From Chitinophagales bacterium (GTDB taxonomy: Bacteria; Bacteroidota; Bacteroidia; Chitinophagales; UBA10324): a stretch of 64,000 nt of DNA. The stretch spans positions 2,254 through 66,253 of the forward strand of contig JANWXQ010000019.1 in assembly GCA_025057275.1 (NCBI GenBank), read 5' to 3'. The position numbers and the translations under genes are program-made. Under the pieces are notes generated by a model that was given only the letters and a program-made list of their open reading frames with translations, had not been told where the DNA came from and did not search any database. Positions 47,359-56,303 of this stretch are shown here, piece by piece; position 1 is the first letter of the stretch; each line of letters begins with the position of its first letter.

Positions 47359-48546
47359 TCATGCCTGCAGCAGCCGACGGTACAGGGAGCCCATCTGCTC
47401 CACCATGCTGTGGTAATCATGGCGCTGCCGCGCCTCTTTGGCAGCCTCCCTGCCCAAAGCTTGCCGCAGGGAAGCATCAGACAGCACGTGCAGTAATTCC
47501 CGGGCAAAGCTTTCCGCATCGCAACGATCGGCCAGCAGGCCATTTACTCCATGCACAATCAGGTCAGCGATACCGCCTGTGCGCGTGGCTACCACAGCTT
47601 TACCAGCAGCCTGCGCTTCGATTATGCTTACCGGAGTGCCTTCGTTCAATGAAGTCAGCGCCACCACATCGCTGCCGGCATAAACCCGTTCCACATCCTG
47701 AACCCAACTGGTAAAGGTTACGCTGGTCTGGTGAGGAAATGCTTCCGGTAAGCCCAAAGACAGGCCTTGTTCACGGGCAAAATCTTCCAGTGGCTGACGT
47801 AGCTCCCCGTCGCCAACCACAAAAGCCCGAATGGGACGATCTACCTGTTGCTGCACCAAAGCCAGCGCCTGAAAAAACAGCTGATGATTTTTTACCGGCA
47901 CCAAACGACCGACGATGGACACAACCAGGTCGTCGTCGCTCAGTCGGTACTGTTGCCTGAATCGTTGCCGCAACGTATCCTGATTGCGGGTAAAGCGGTC
48001 CAGGTCCAGACCCAGCGGAATGACTTCCACTTTATCGGCGTGGCAGATGTTGTACTCTTCCACCAGTTCCCTTTTCAGCAAGGGACTGATGGCTACAATG
48101 GCATGGCTGCGAGCAGCCAGAAATCGTTCCATACGAACGAACATCCGGCTTTTGGATTCCGAGAAATAGGAATGAAACACATGACCGTGGAAGGTATGCA
48201 CCACCACCGGCACCTGGCAGAGCCAGGCAGCCATGCGGCCTAATGCCCCGGCCTTGGCCGCATGCGTATGAACGATGTGGGGACGGAATTGCCTGATAAT
48301 TTGTTGCAGGCGCAGCAAGGCCGGCAGGTCGCGAAGGGGATTCAGTTCACGATACATGCCCTGAACGTAAACCGGCTGCAGATGCAGCGACGATACAATA
48401 AACTCGCTGCTGGCCTCGCTTGCATCAATATTGCCCGAAACCAGCATGGTTTCAAATTCGGGTTCCAGATGACGGGCCAGCAAAGCCGCATTCCATGTGG
48501 GGCCGCCCAGATTAAGCCGGTTGATGATGCGAAGCACACGCGGCAT
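47359..48546 (-). CDS. Glycosyltransferase family 4 (GT-B, retaining)
   Basis: RIINRLNLGGP N-terminus and C-terminal E-x7-E region (NEGTPVSIIEAQAAGKAVVATRTGG). The first ATG is at 48546 (ORF-track 48552 is a GTG). Confidence 0.85.
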   Translation of the reverse strand: MPRVLRIINRLNLGGPTWNAALLARHLEPEFETMLVSGNIDASEASSEFIVSSLHLQPVYVQGMYRELNPLRDLPALLRLQQIIRQFRPHIVHTHAAKAGALGRMAAWLCQVPVVVHTFHGHVFHSYFSESKSRMFVRMERFLAARSHAIVAISPLLKRELVEEYNICHADKVEVIPLGLDLDRFTRNQDTLRQRFRQQYRLSDDDLVVSIVGRLVPVKNHQLFFQALALVQQQVDRPIRAFVVGDGELRQPLEDFAREQGLSLGLPEAFPHQTSVTFTSWVQDVERVYAGSDVVALTSLNEGTPVSIIEAQAAGKAVVATRTGGIADLIVHGVNGLLADRCDAESFARELLHVLSDASLRQALGREAAKEARQRHDYHSMVEQMGSLYRRLLQA

Positions 48547-48603
48547 AATCACCCAATCTGCACAATCAAAATTAGCCGGCTCATCAGCATGTTGCGGAAG
48601 GCT

Positions 48604-50493
48604 TCATTGCAGGTGGCGCCGCCACCAATGCTGAAACACCAACAGCCCCCACAGCCGTGCTGCACTGTCGCCCGGATTGGCTGAACCAAGTTTTTGCCTG
48701 AGCCGGCTTACAACCAGAACATCAAACAGCCCCTGCTGCCTGAGAAAATCAGGATGAAAAACCTCCTCCATAGTGCCCCGCAGCTCAGCAGTCAACAGCG
48801 AATGCAGCGGCACTTCAAATCCCTTTTTGGGCCTGTGGTATAGGGCTTCAGGCAACAGGGAGCGAAACGCATCATGAACAATCTTCTTCCTGCGGCGACG
48901 GTCCACTTTGAATGCATCCGGAATGCGGAAGGCAAATTCCGCAATACGGTAATCGAGAAAGGGATTGCGCACTTCCAGTCCATGCGCCATACTGCAACGA
49001 TCCACCTTCATGAGCATGTCATCGGGAAGCACCATGGCCACATCGGTGCGCAACACCTGCTCCAGTGAATGCCCGTTGGCAAGCAGGCGGGTCAGCCAAC
49101 GGCGACGCTGCCGTTCTTCTTCAACCGGAACCGAAAGGCGCAGCACTTCATAGGCCTCTGCTTCCGACGCCAGCGTGCACCAGCGCCAGTACCGCTCGGT
49201 GGCCGGCAGGCGGTTGCCGGCAGCAAAACGTTGTATCTGGCGCAGCCGGTTCTGCCACCAGTTGTTGCGCGACTGGGGCAATACCGAAAGCAGCGGTGCC
49301 AGCAGCAAGAGGAATCGGTCAACGAGCAGCGGATTGCGGATCCGGTATTCAGCAACATGCTTGAGGTACCCGCCAAACAATTCATCCGCCCCATCGCCGC
49401 TGAGCGCTACCTTGACTGACGGACGCACCGACTTGCTGAGCAAGAACACCAATATGGCTGATGAGTCGGCAAAAGGCTCGCCGGGATGTTCCAGCAGGTT
49501 CAGGGCAGCTTCCGCCAGTTGCTTGCGGCCAAAGGAAAATACCGTATGGTCGGTTTGAAAATGCCGGGCAACCAGCCGTGCATAGGGTGTTTCATCAAAA
49601 AATTCATCATCCGAAAATCCTACGGAAAACGACCTTACCCGCTGCATGTGTCGCGATGCCAGGCCGGCTACGATGGAAGAGTCTATGCCGCCGCTGAGAA
49701 AAACACCCAACGGCACATCGCTGACCAGCCGCTGCCGGACCGAATCGCTCAGCAAGTCAAATAAGGTGCTGCAGGCTTCCTCGTAGTTGCGGATGCGCTG
49801 AGAGGCTGGCAGTTCATGCGGAAGGGCATACCATCGTTGCTCCACGATTTCAGTTGTGTCGCCTGCATCCACCTGCAGCCAGGTTCCGGGCAACAGTTTG
49901 CGAACGTTTTTGCAAATGCTGTGGGGTGCGGGTATGTAGTTAAGCTGCAGGTAATGAACCAACGACACTTCATCCAGTACACGCGGCACCGGCCACTGCA
50001 ACAAGGCATCCAGTTCACTGGCAAAAGCCACTACGTTGCGGTCGGCATAGTAGTACAACGGCTTCACGCCAAAACGGTCCCTTACCAGCCAGCATCGGCG
50101 CTGCTGCCGGTCGTATAAGGCAAAAGCAAAAAAGCCGTTGAGCCGATGAAGCATGTTCATGCCCTGCCGCTCGAAGAGGCGCAGCAACACTTCCGTATCC
50201 GACTGGGTCTGAAAAACGGCGCCCTGCTGTTCCAGCTCGCGGCGCAAATCACGGTAGTTGAAAATTTCACCGTTGTAGGTAATGACCACCTCGCCGCTCT
50301 GCATGGGCTGGTTGGCGGCTTCACTGATGTCAATAACGCTCAACCGGCAATGACCAAAGGCCACGGTGCCATCCGAAAATGTGCCCGTGGCATCGGGTCC
50401 GCGGTGCCTCAGCAACTCCACAGCCCGCTGCAAAGAAGCCTGCCATGCGGAAGCAGAGGGAGTCAGGCAAATGATGCCGCTGATGCCGCACAT
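48604..50493 (-). CDS. Asparagine synthase (glutamine-hydrolysing) family amidotransferase, polysaccharide-locus type
   Basis: MCGISG Ntn nucleophile at ATG 50493, and PP-loop FLSGGIDSS. Confidence 0.85.
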   Translation of the reverse strand: MCGISGIICLTPSASAWQASLQRAVELLRHRGPDATGTFSDGTVAFGHCRLSVIDISEAANQPMQSGEVVITYNGEIFNYRDLRRELEQQGAVFQTQSDTEVLLRLFERQGMNMLHRLNGFFAFALYDRQQRRCWLVRDRFGVKPLYYYADRNVVAFASELDALLQWPVPRVLDEVSLVHYLQLNYIPAPHSICKNVRKLLPGTWLQVDAGDTTEIVEQRWYALPHELPASQRIRNYEEACSTLFDLLSDSVRQRLVSDVPLGVFLSGGIDSSIVAGLASRHMQRVRSFSVGFSDDEFFDETPYARLVARHFQTDHTVFSFGRKQLAEAALNLLEHPGEPFADSSAILVFLLSKSVRPSVKVALSGDGADELFGGYLKHVAEYRIRNPLLVDRFLLLLAPLLSVLPQSRNNWWQNRLRQIQRFAAGNRLPATERYWRWCTLASEAEAYEVLRLSVPVEEERQRRRWLTRLLANGHSLEQVLRTDVAMVLPDDMLMKVDRCSMAHGLEVRNPFLDYRIAEFAFRIPDAFKVDRRRRKKIVHDAFRSLLPEALYHRPKKGFEVPLHSLLTAELRGTMEEVFHPDFLRQQGLFDVLVVSRLRQKLGSANPGDSAARLWGLLVFQHWWRRHLQ

Positions 50494-50561
50494 GCCGCCA
50501 ACGAATGTAGCCTGCTTTCTGGCATGATGTTGGCAACGACGGAAAAACAAAACTTCCCATC

Positions 50562-50870
50562 ATGCAAACGTTTTTCGTGTTTGCCGCTCTGCTGTTTGCC
50601 TGTACTGTTCGTGCGCAGACTATGCCTCAATCAGTAAACGACCGGTCGGGTGCAAAAAGGCTGGAAACCGTTCCCGCAAAGCCAACCACGCCGGAAGCAG
50701 CAAAAACTTCTGAAACGGTAACACATGCTCCTGGAGCAGCCGTCAAACCGGCAGCAGCGCAACCCAGGTTGCGCCTGCTGAAAAAGAAAGCGCCCATGCC
50801 CTTGCAGCGATCTGTTGAACCGGCAATGGTTCCCGGCCGGCCGGCGCCTGCCCCTAACGACAACAAATAA
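50562..50870 (+). CDS. Hypothetical small secreted Pro/Ala/Lys-rich protein
   Basis: Clear signal peptide (MQTFFVFAALLFACTVRAQ) followed by low-complexity sequence. An opposite-strand ORF of similar length lacks any such feature. Confidence 0.45.
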   Translation: MQTFFVFAALLFACTVRAQTMPQSVNDRSGAKRLETVPAKPTTPEAAKTSETVTHAPGAAVKPAAAQPRLRLLKKKAPMPLQRSVEPAMVPGRPAPAPNDNK

Positions 50871-50881
50871 CTGCGCTGCTT

Positions 50882-51232
50882 TTATCCCGAATGCCGCTGC
50901 TCAGGCGGCAGGTGCTCGGCGGGATCCCAAAACAGCCGTTTAAAGTTCAGGATGCGATCGTTCTGAACGGTGACCCCTTCGGCTTGCAGCAACTCCTGCA
51001 TCAGTGTTGGGGTGGCGAAATGATGCTTTCCAGTTAATAAACCGTTACGGTTCACCACGCGGTGGGCGGGCACCGCTTTGGCTTGGAAGTGCGATGCATT
51101 CATGGCCCATCCTACGGTGCGCGCCGACCCGCCCAGATACCGCGCTATGGCGCCATAGGTGGTAATGCGGCCACGCGGAACCTTCCGCACGACAGCATAG
51201 ACCCTCAGAAAAAAATCCGTTGACTCATTCAT
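50882..51232 (-). CDS. MGMT-fold alkyltransferase-like (ATL) protein, lacks the acceptor cysteine
   Basis: HTH region TYGAIARYLG..ARTVGWAM, and VPAHRVV where O6-alkylguanine transferases have PCHRV. Confidence 0.75.
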   Translation of the reverse strand: MNESTDFFLRVYAVVRKVPRGRITTYGAIARYLGGSARTVGWAMNASHFQAKAVPAHRVVNRNGLLTGKHHFATPTLMQELLQAEGVTVQNDRILNFKRLFWDPAEHLPPEQRHSG

Positions 51233-51881
51233 GGGCCGGCAAACGAAAACGGATATACCTGATTTTTTTTCCTGCCTTCAGATGCTGTAGTTCATAAAAC
51301 GTACGGATTGCCGTTACCACATCTCCCGGACCGATGGTAGCGTAAATATCCGTTACGGCCTGTAACACCGTTCCACCCAAAGCAGCGATGCTTTCCAAAG
51401 AATATTCATACAATAATTCATCATCTGTTTTCAGATGCAGCACTCCCTCAGGTTGCAGTATTTTGCGGTATTGCTCCAGAAAGCCGGGACTGGTGAGCCG
51501 CTTTTTGGCCTTGGGTTTGTTGGGATAAGGGTCGGGAAACACAATCCAGATTTCCTGCACCTCTCCTGTTGCAAAATAGTCGGCAAGGTTATCTATGTAC
51601 GCGCGAAGAAAGCAGGCATTCGTCAGGTTTTCTTCCAGGGCGGTTTTGGCACCCCGCCAGATGCGAGGGCCCTTAATGTCTATACCTACGAAGTTTCTGT
51701 CGGGAAACCGACGCGCAAGCCCAAGGGTGTATTCGCCTTTGCCACAGGCCAGCTCCAGGGTAACGGGATGGCTGTTGTGAAACACCTCTGAGGCCCACTT
51801 CCCTTTCAGATCCGCGCGAAACTGATACACATTCGGAAAGGTGAGCAGCTCAGCAATCCGCTTTAACTTCTTTTTGCCCAA
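51225..51881 (-). CDS. trmB: tRNA (guanine46-N7)-methyltransferase
   Basis: GKKKLKRIAEL N-terminus, SAM-binding LELACGKGEYT, FPDPYP motif. The apparent start is a TTG at 51881, with no nearby in-frame ATG that preserves the conserved N-terminus. Confidence 0.85.
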   Translation of the reverse strand: MGKKKLKRIAELLTFPNVYQFRADLKGKWASEVFHNSHPVTLELACGKGEYTLGLARRFPDRNFVGIDIKGPRIWRGAKTALEENLTNACFLRAYIDNLADYFATGEVQEIWIVFPDPYPNKPKAKKRLTSPGFLEQYRKILQPEGVLHLKTDDELLYEYSLESIAALGGTVLQAVTDIYATIGPGDVVTAIRTFYELQHLKAGKKIRYIRFRLPAHE

Positions 51882-51899
51882 GGCACCGGGATGCTTTTC

Positions 51900-53186
51900 C
51901 TACCGCAAACCATATTTTTCCTTATAGATGCGATACAAGTGCCGTTGCGCATCATCCAGATTGATGGCTCTGCCCTGAATAAATGCCGCTTCCACCTGAC
52001 TGGTGCGCATGTCCAGCAAATCGCCGCCGGTTACCAACAGATTGGCATCTTTCCCCGGTTCCAGTGTGCCTGTTCGTTCGTCAATGCCCAGAATTTTGGC
52101 TACCGACGAAGTAACGGAGGCCACTGCCGCTTCATAGGGAACGCCATAGGCTACAGTGGTTCCGGCCATGAACGGCAGATTGCGCACCTGCCAGAAACCA
52201 CTGGTGGTCAGTCCGTAAAGCACGCCGGCCTCATACAGCAAAGCCGCCGTGCGATAGGGCAACTCCAGATCGCTGTCGGGGTAGGGGGGAAGGGAATGTG
52301 CATCCGGCAGCAAGACAGGAACCTGATGCTGTTTTAACAGGTCGGCACACAAATGCGCATCCCGACCGCCGACGATAACCGGTTTGAGCTGGAGGGAAAC
52401 AGCCCACTGGACGGCATGAATGATTTCGCGAACGTACTGGCAATGAATGAACAATTTTTGTCTGCCGTCTTTCAGTCCGCGCACAGCTTCAAAATTCAGA
52501 TTGGGCACTTCAGGTGCCGGTCGGGACAGATAGGAGAATGCCTCCTGAAAAAATTCCTTAATGCGTTGCACCTGACGTTCGTAGAGCGAATCGGGGCTGG
52601 TTTCCGCACCCATGCTGGTCCAGCGGTAGCGGAAATAGCCGGGCCAGTACAGGTGAATTCCATTGTCGGCAGCATAGGCAGCATCCTCCCAGTTCCACGC
52701 ATCGAGCTGCACCACAGATGAGGTGCCGGCCAGCAGGCCGCCCATAGGCACCACCTGCGCCAGCAGAATGCCGTTGTTGCGAAGGGTGGGAATAACCCGT
52801 GAATCGGTATTGTAAGCGATCAGGCTGCGCACGCAGGTGGTAAAGTCGCCCACTTCTGCATAATCGTTTGTGGCACGTACCAACTCGATTTCGTTAAGCC
52901 CCAGTTGGGTGTTGGCAGCAATAATCCCGGGATAAATGTGTTTGCCGCTGACGTCAATGACCTGGGCACTCTGATTGCTCATCCGGTATTCAGCCGCCGG
53001 GCCGGCATAGGTAATGATCCCCTTTTCAAAACGCACTACCGACTGGGGCACCACGCGGCCGTTGCCGGCATGCAGGGTAGCACCGGCAAGCACTACCGGA
53101 TTGGTCTGTGGCGGGGCAGGCACGATGCGCTGCGCCACTGCCGTTTGCACGGCGGCCCATAACAGATAAATAATTAGTTTTTTCAT
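51900..53186 (-). CDS. Secreted amidohydrolase-fold protein with a degenerate metal site
   Basis: Signal peptide (MKKLIIYLLWAAVQTAVAQ). Amidohydrolase composite-domain signatures (VIDVSGKHIYPG, GTLEPGKDANLLV). The HxH position reads IIAANTQLG. Confidence 0.75.
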   Translation of the reverse strand: MKKLIIYLLWAAVQTAVAQRIVPAPPQTNPVVLAGATLHAGNGRVVPQSVVRFEKGIITYAGPAAEYRMSNQSAQVIDVSGKHIYPGIIAANTQLGLNEIELVRATNDYAEVGDFTTCVRSLIAYNTDSRVIPTLRNNGILLAQVVPMGGLLAGTSSVVQLDAWNWEDAAYAADNGIHLYWPGYFRYRWTSMGAETSPDSLYERQVQRIKEFFQEAFSYLSRPAPEVPNLNFEAVRGLKDGRQKLFIHCQYVREIIHAVQWAVSLQLKPVIVGGRDAHLCADLLKQHQVPVLLPDAHSLPPYPDSDLELPYRTAALLYEAGVLYGLTTSGFWQVRNLPFMAGTTVAYGVPYEAAVASVTSSVAKILGIDERTGTLEPGKDANLLVTGGDLLDMRTSQVEAAFIQGRAINLDDAQRHLYRIYKEKYGLR

Positions 53187-53208
53187 GTTTTATTTCGGGC
53201 TGAACAAT

Positions 53209-56200
53209 TTATTCCACATCATGACCATCGGTGGCGGTTTCGCAATCCCATAATATGCGCGAAAAAGATCCGCCCTCGCGCGCCGGCTCGCCGGCAGCTA
53301 CAGCCTCCATCATCTTTTTCATTAGCCGCTGCCGTTCGGCCTGAATGTCCTGCTGTTGGCGAACAGCCTGCTGCCTGCTGTAAAACAACGTGCCATCCAC
53401 CCAGGTGTATTCGGCCCGTGCATAAACAGACAGGGGATGATCCGACCACAACACCACATCGGCATCTTTACCGGCGCGGATGCTGCCCACACGATGATCC
53501 ACACGAAGCATTTTGGCCGGATTGAGCGTGCACAGCTTCCAGGCTTCCTCTTCACTGAGGCCACCATACTTCACCGATTTGGCAGCTTCCTGATTGAGCC
53601 GCCGGGCCATTTCGGCATCATCGCTGTTAACGGCAGTTACAACGCCCATTTGAGCCAGTAGGGCGGGATTGTGCGGAATGGCCTCATAAACTTCAAACTT
53701 GTAGGCCCACCAGTCAGAAAAACTGGAAGCGTTAGCCCCGTGGGCTTTCATTTGATCAGCCACCTTAAAGCCTTCCAGGATGTGCGTAAAGGTGTTTACC
53801 CGGAATCCCAGGGATTCCGCCAGCCGCATGAGCATGGTAATTTCCGATTGCACATAGGAGTGGCAGGTGATGTGGCGGCGACCGTCCAGAATTTCTGCCA
53901 ATGCTTCCAGCTGCAGGTCACGCCGGGGTGCTGTGGTGGCAGCTTTTTGTTTGGCTGAGAGCCGGTTGTACGTATCCCATTTCTTTTTATACGTCTTTGC
54001 CCGTATGAAAGCATCTTTTATGGTCTGTTCCACTCCCATACGCGTTTGCGGAAAGCGAAAGCGGTGTTCATCCCCCCAGTTGGAGGTTTTTACGTTTTCC
54101 CCCAAGGCAAACTTGATGAAACCGGGCCAGCCTTCAAACTTCAGGGCTTCGCTGCCATAGCCCCAGCGCATTTTGATGAGTTGCGTTTGGCCGCCAATGG
54201 AGTTGCAGGAGCCGTGGAGCAGGTGCGAGGCCGTTACTCCACCGGCCAATTGGCGGTAGATGTTGATGTCGCTGGGGTCAATTACATCGCCGATGCGCAC
54301 TTCGGCTGTTACCGAATGCGAGCATTCGTTTACGCCCTGACGGATGGCAATGTGCGAATGCTCATCAATGATGCCGGCTGTCAGGTGCATGCCGGTGGCA
54401 TCAATCACTTTGGCCTGCGGTGCCTGAAGATTTTTTCCTATACGTGCGATGCGTCCGTCCTGAAGGAGCACATCGGTGTTGGGCAGTATGCCTTCGGCTT
54501 CGTTGGTCCATACCGTGGCATTGCGGATCAGGACGGTTTCCGGACGGGGCAGTTGTTCCCATCCGTAACCCGTAAACGGATAGCGCATGGTTCCTTCTAC
54601 CGTATGTTTCCAGGTTACTGCCGTGTCCTTGGCCGCCGGTGGCGGACCGGTGTATTGCGCTTTCCATTGAATGGGATTGCCTCCGGAGTCTGTGCCCCAA
54701 CCCATCAGGTTGCGGCCTTCTGCATAACCACTCAGCATCCAGTTGAGCGCAGCATGGCGGGGTTGGCGGAACGACAAAGAGATCAGGCGTTCGCTGCGTT
54801 GCAACCTGGCAGTGTACGAGGCCGTATCCCCCAGGCGAATGACGGCCTGCGGGGTGGCAAAGTCGCCGCTGACGATCAGGGTAGCTTTCAGCGGACCCGC
54901 TTCAAGGGAATAACTGCCCCGCAGATCAGTCAGATCCATGGAGGCTACGGGATACATGCGCCCGCGTATCCAATGTTGGACGATCGTGTTTTTTGGATGC
55001 AGCAACGTGTCGGTGCAGATAAAAAAATTAGCCAGTTTGCCCGGCGCTAAAGTGCCCAACTGATCGTTCACACGCAGCCAGCGGGCAGGTGTTTCGGTCA
55101 GGGCGCGCAAAAGTTCGCGGCTATGCAGTCCGGCCATAGCAGCCTTTCGCAGGTTGGCCCAAAACTCTTTTTCGTCCTTGATACCCGCAGCGGTAAGAGC
55201 AAAGGGAATCCCTGCCTGATGCAGCATCGCCGCATTGGCAGGTGCAAATTCCCAGTGCATCATGTCGCTGAGGGCCACGGCACTGGCATCATAGGGATCG
55301 GCAAACCAGTAGGGACGTGGAAAGGTGAGCGGAAGGATCAAAGGCATGGCAGCCTCCTTCAGTTCGGCTATGCGCTGATATTCGTTGCCGCCGCCTTTGA
55401 TGATAAACGTGATTCCAAACTCGCGTGCAATACGGGCCGCACTGAGCGCCGACAACACGTCGTTGGTTTCAAAAACCTGAGGCAACTGCAGGAGGCGCTG
55501 CATGGCATCCAACGAAATATTTTGCTGCTCGCGCCAGCCACCGGCAGCGTACCATCGGGTATCGTAGAACGCCTGCCGCAGCAGGGCGATGCTGCCCATC
55601 AGCGAATTGGGATAAGGCTGTTGGGAGCTTCCTTTGTTAAAGGAAAAAAAAGCTGCAGCCTGCTGCTGCACCATGAGGTCGTTGTCGCGTTCTTCACCTG
55701 CCAGCACCAGAGTGCCGCTGCCGCGCACAATGCCATCGCGAGCATGTGTGACGATGCTGCCAAAACCCATTGCCCGAAACCGTCGGGCCTGTTCGGTATT
55801 CTGGCTGAACGATTCATGGGCTTTCACTTCGGCACGTATGGCCTCGTTCCAGTAATACGCTCCCTTTTTATTGCTTTCCAACTGCAGTCTGGTCTTGTTG
55901 GCGGGTGCAGCCGGTGGCATGCCGTAATCACTGACGAGTTCCACAAAGGATGGATAGATGTGATATCCCCCGGCATCAATCACCACAGCATCGGAAGGGA
56001 TGGACATTTTCGTTCCTACTGCCACAATTTTCCCCTGCCGGATCAACAAGGTGGCCGGACTCAGTATGGTTTGCGCATCGGCATGAACGGTGGCATTGAT
56101 AATGGCCACGTGCCGCTCCCGTTCGTCCTGAACGCCATGAACGGGAAAAGTAGTTTGCGAAAAAAGGGGGTTGTAGGAAACGGCAATAAGCAGGAAGAGG

Positions 56201-56220
56201 CAAAACAGTTTTTTCGTCAT
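53209..56220 (-). CDS. Secreted tandem amidohydrolase-fold protein (N-terminal degenerate module + C-terminal canonical module)
   Basis: Signal peptide from ATG 56220 (MTKKLFCLFLLIAVSYNPLFSQ). The N-terminal module has YPSFVELVSDYG at the HxH site. The C-terminal module has GIIDEHSHI, ITCHSY, FTHILEG, AVNSDDAE, GSIRAGKDADVVLW. Confidence 0.8.
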   Translation of the reverse strand: MTKKLFCLFLLIAVSYNPLFSQTTFPVHGVQDERERHVAIINATVHADAQTILSPATLLIRQGKIVAVGTKMSIPSDAVVIDAGGYHIYPSFVELVSDYGMPPAAPANKTRLQLESNKKGAYYWNEAIRAEVKAHESFSQNTEQARRFRAMGFGSIVTHARDGIVRGSGTLVLAGEERDNDLMVQQQAAAFFSFNKGSSQQPYPNSLMGSIALLRQAFYDTRWYAAGGWREQQNISLDAMQRLLQLPQVFETNDVLSALSAARIAREFGITFIIKGGGNEYQRIAELKEAAMPLILPLTFPRPYWFADPYDASAVALSDMMHWEFAPANAAMLHQAGIPFALTAAGIKDEKEFWANLRKAAMAGLHSRELLRALTETPARWLRVNDQLGTLAPGKLANFFICTDTLLHPKNTIVQHWIRGRMYPVASMDLTDLRGSYSLEAGPLKATLIVSGDFATPQAVIRLGDTASYTARLQRSERLISLSFRQPRHAALNWMLSGYAEGRNLMGWGTDSGGNPIQWKAQYTGPPPAAKDTAVTWKHTVEGTMRYPFTGYGWEQLPRPETVLIRNATVWTNEAEGILPNTDVLLQDGRIARIGKNLQAPQAKVIDATGMHLTAGIIDEHSHIAIRQGVNECSHSVTAEVRIGDVIDPSDINIYRQLAGGVTASHLLHGSCNSIGGQTQLIKMRWGYGSEALKFEGWPGFIKFALGENVKTSNWGDEHRFRFPQTRMGVEQTIKDAFIRAKTYKKKWDTYNRLSAKQKAATTAPRRDLQLEALAEILDGRRHITCHSYVQSEITMLMRLAESLGFRVNTFTHILEGFKVADQMKAHGANASSFSDWWAYKFEVYEAIPHNPALLAQMGVVTAVNSDDAEMARRLNQEAAKSVKYGGLSEEEAWKLCTLNPAKMLRVDHRVGSIRAGKDADVVLWSDHPLSVYARAEYTWVDGTLFYSRQQAVRQQQDIQAERQRLMKKMMEAVAAGEPAREGGSFSRILWDCETATDGHDVE

Positions 56221-56303
56221 GACCAGAAAACAGGCTTTGAAAATAGAGTATCGGCACCAATGCCGATCAACTAGCTTCGTTGCGCTCAGCAATACGCAGG
56301 CAC

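Noticed and set aside
50627-50866. 79-aa minus-strand ORF overlapping the small secreted-protein ORF
   Set aside because: The plus-strand frame starts with a textbook signal peptide at an ATG, and the minus-strand frame has none. Neither is strongly supported, so only the plus-strand call is listed, at low confidence.
54046-56274. Two long antisense ORFs (334 aa and 383 aa) opposite the tandem amidohydrolase gene. Similar cases lie at 19287..20147 (hisS), 21800..22672 (glgB), 25066..25950 (MFS), 27557..28579 (uvrA), 44122..44754 (wzc) and 59215..60207 (sucA).
   Set aside because: Each lies within a confidently identified gene on the other strand and has an Arg/Gly/His/Gln-rich composition without motifs. 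Long antisense frames are expected when the sense codons avoid the reverse complements of stop codons. I see no independent evidence for overlapping genes.
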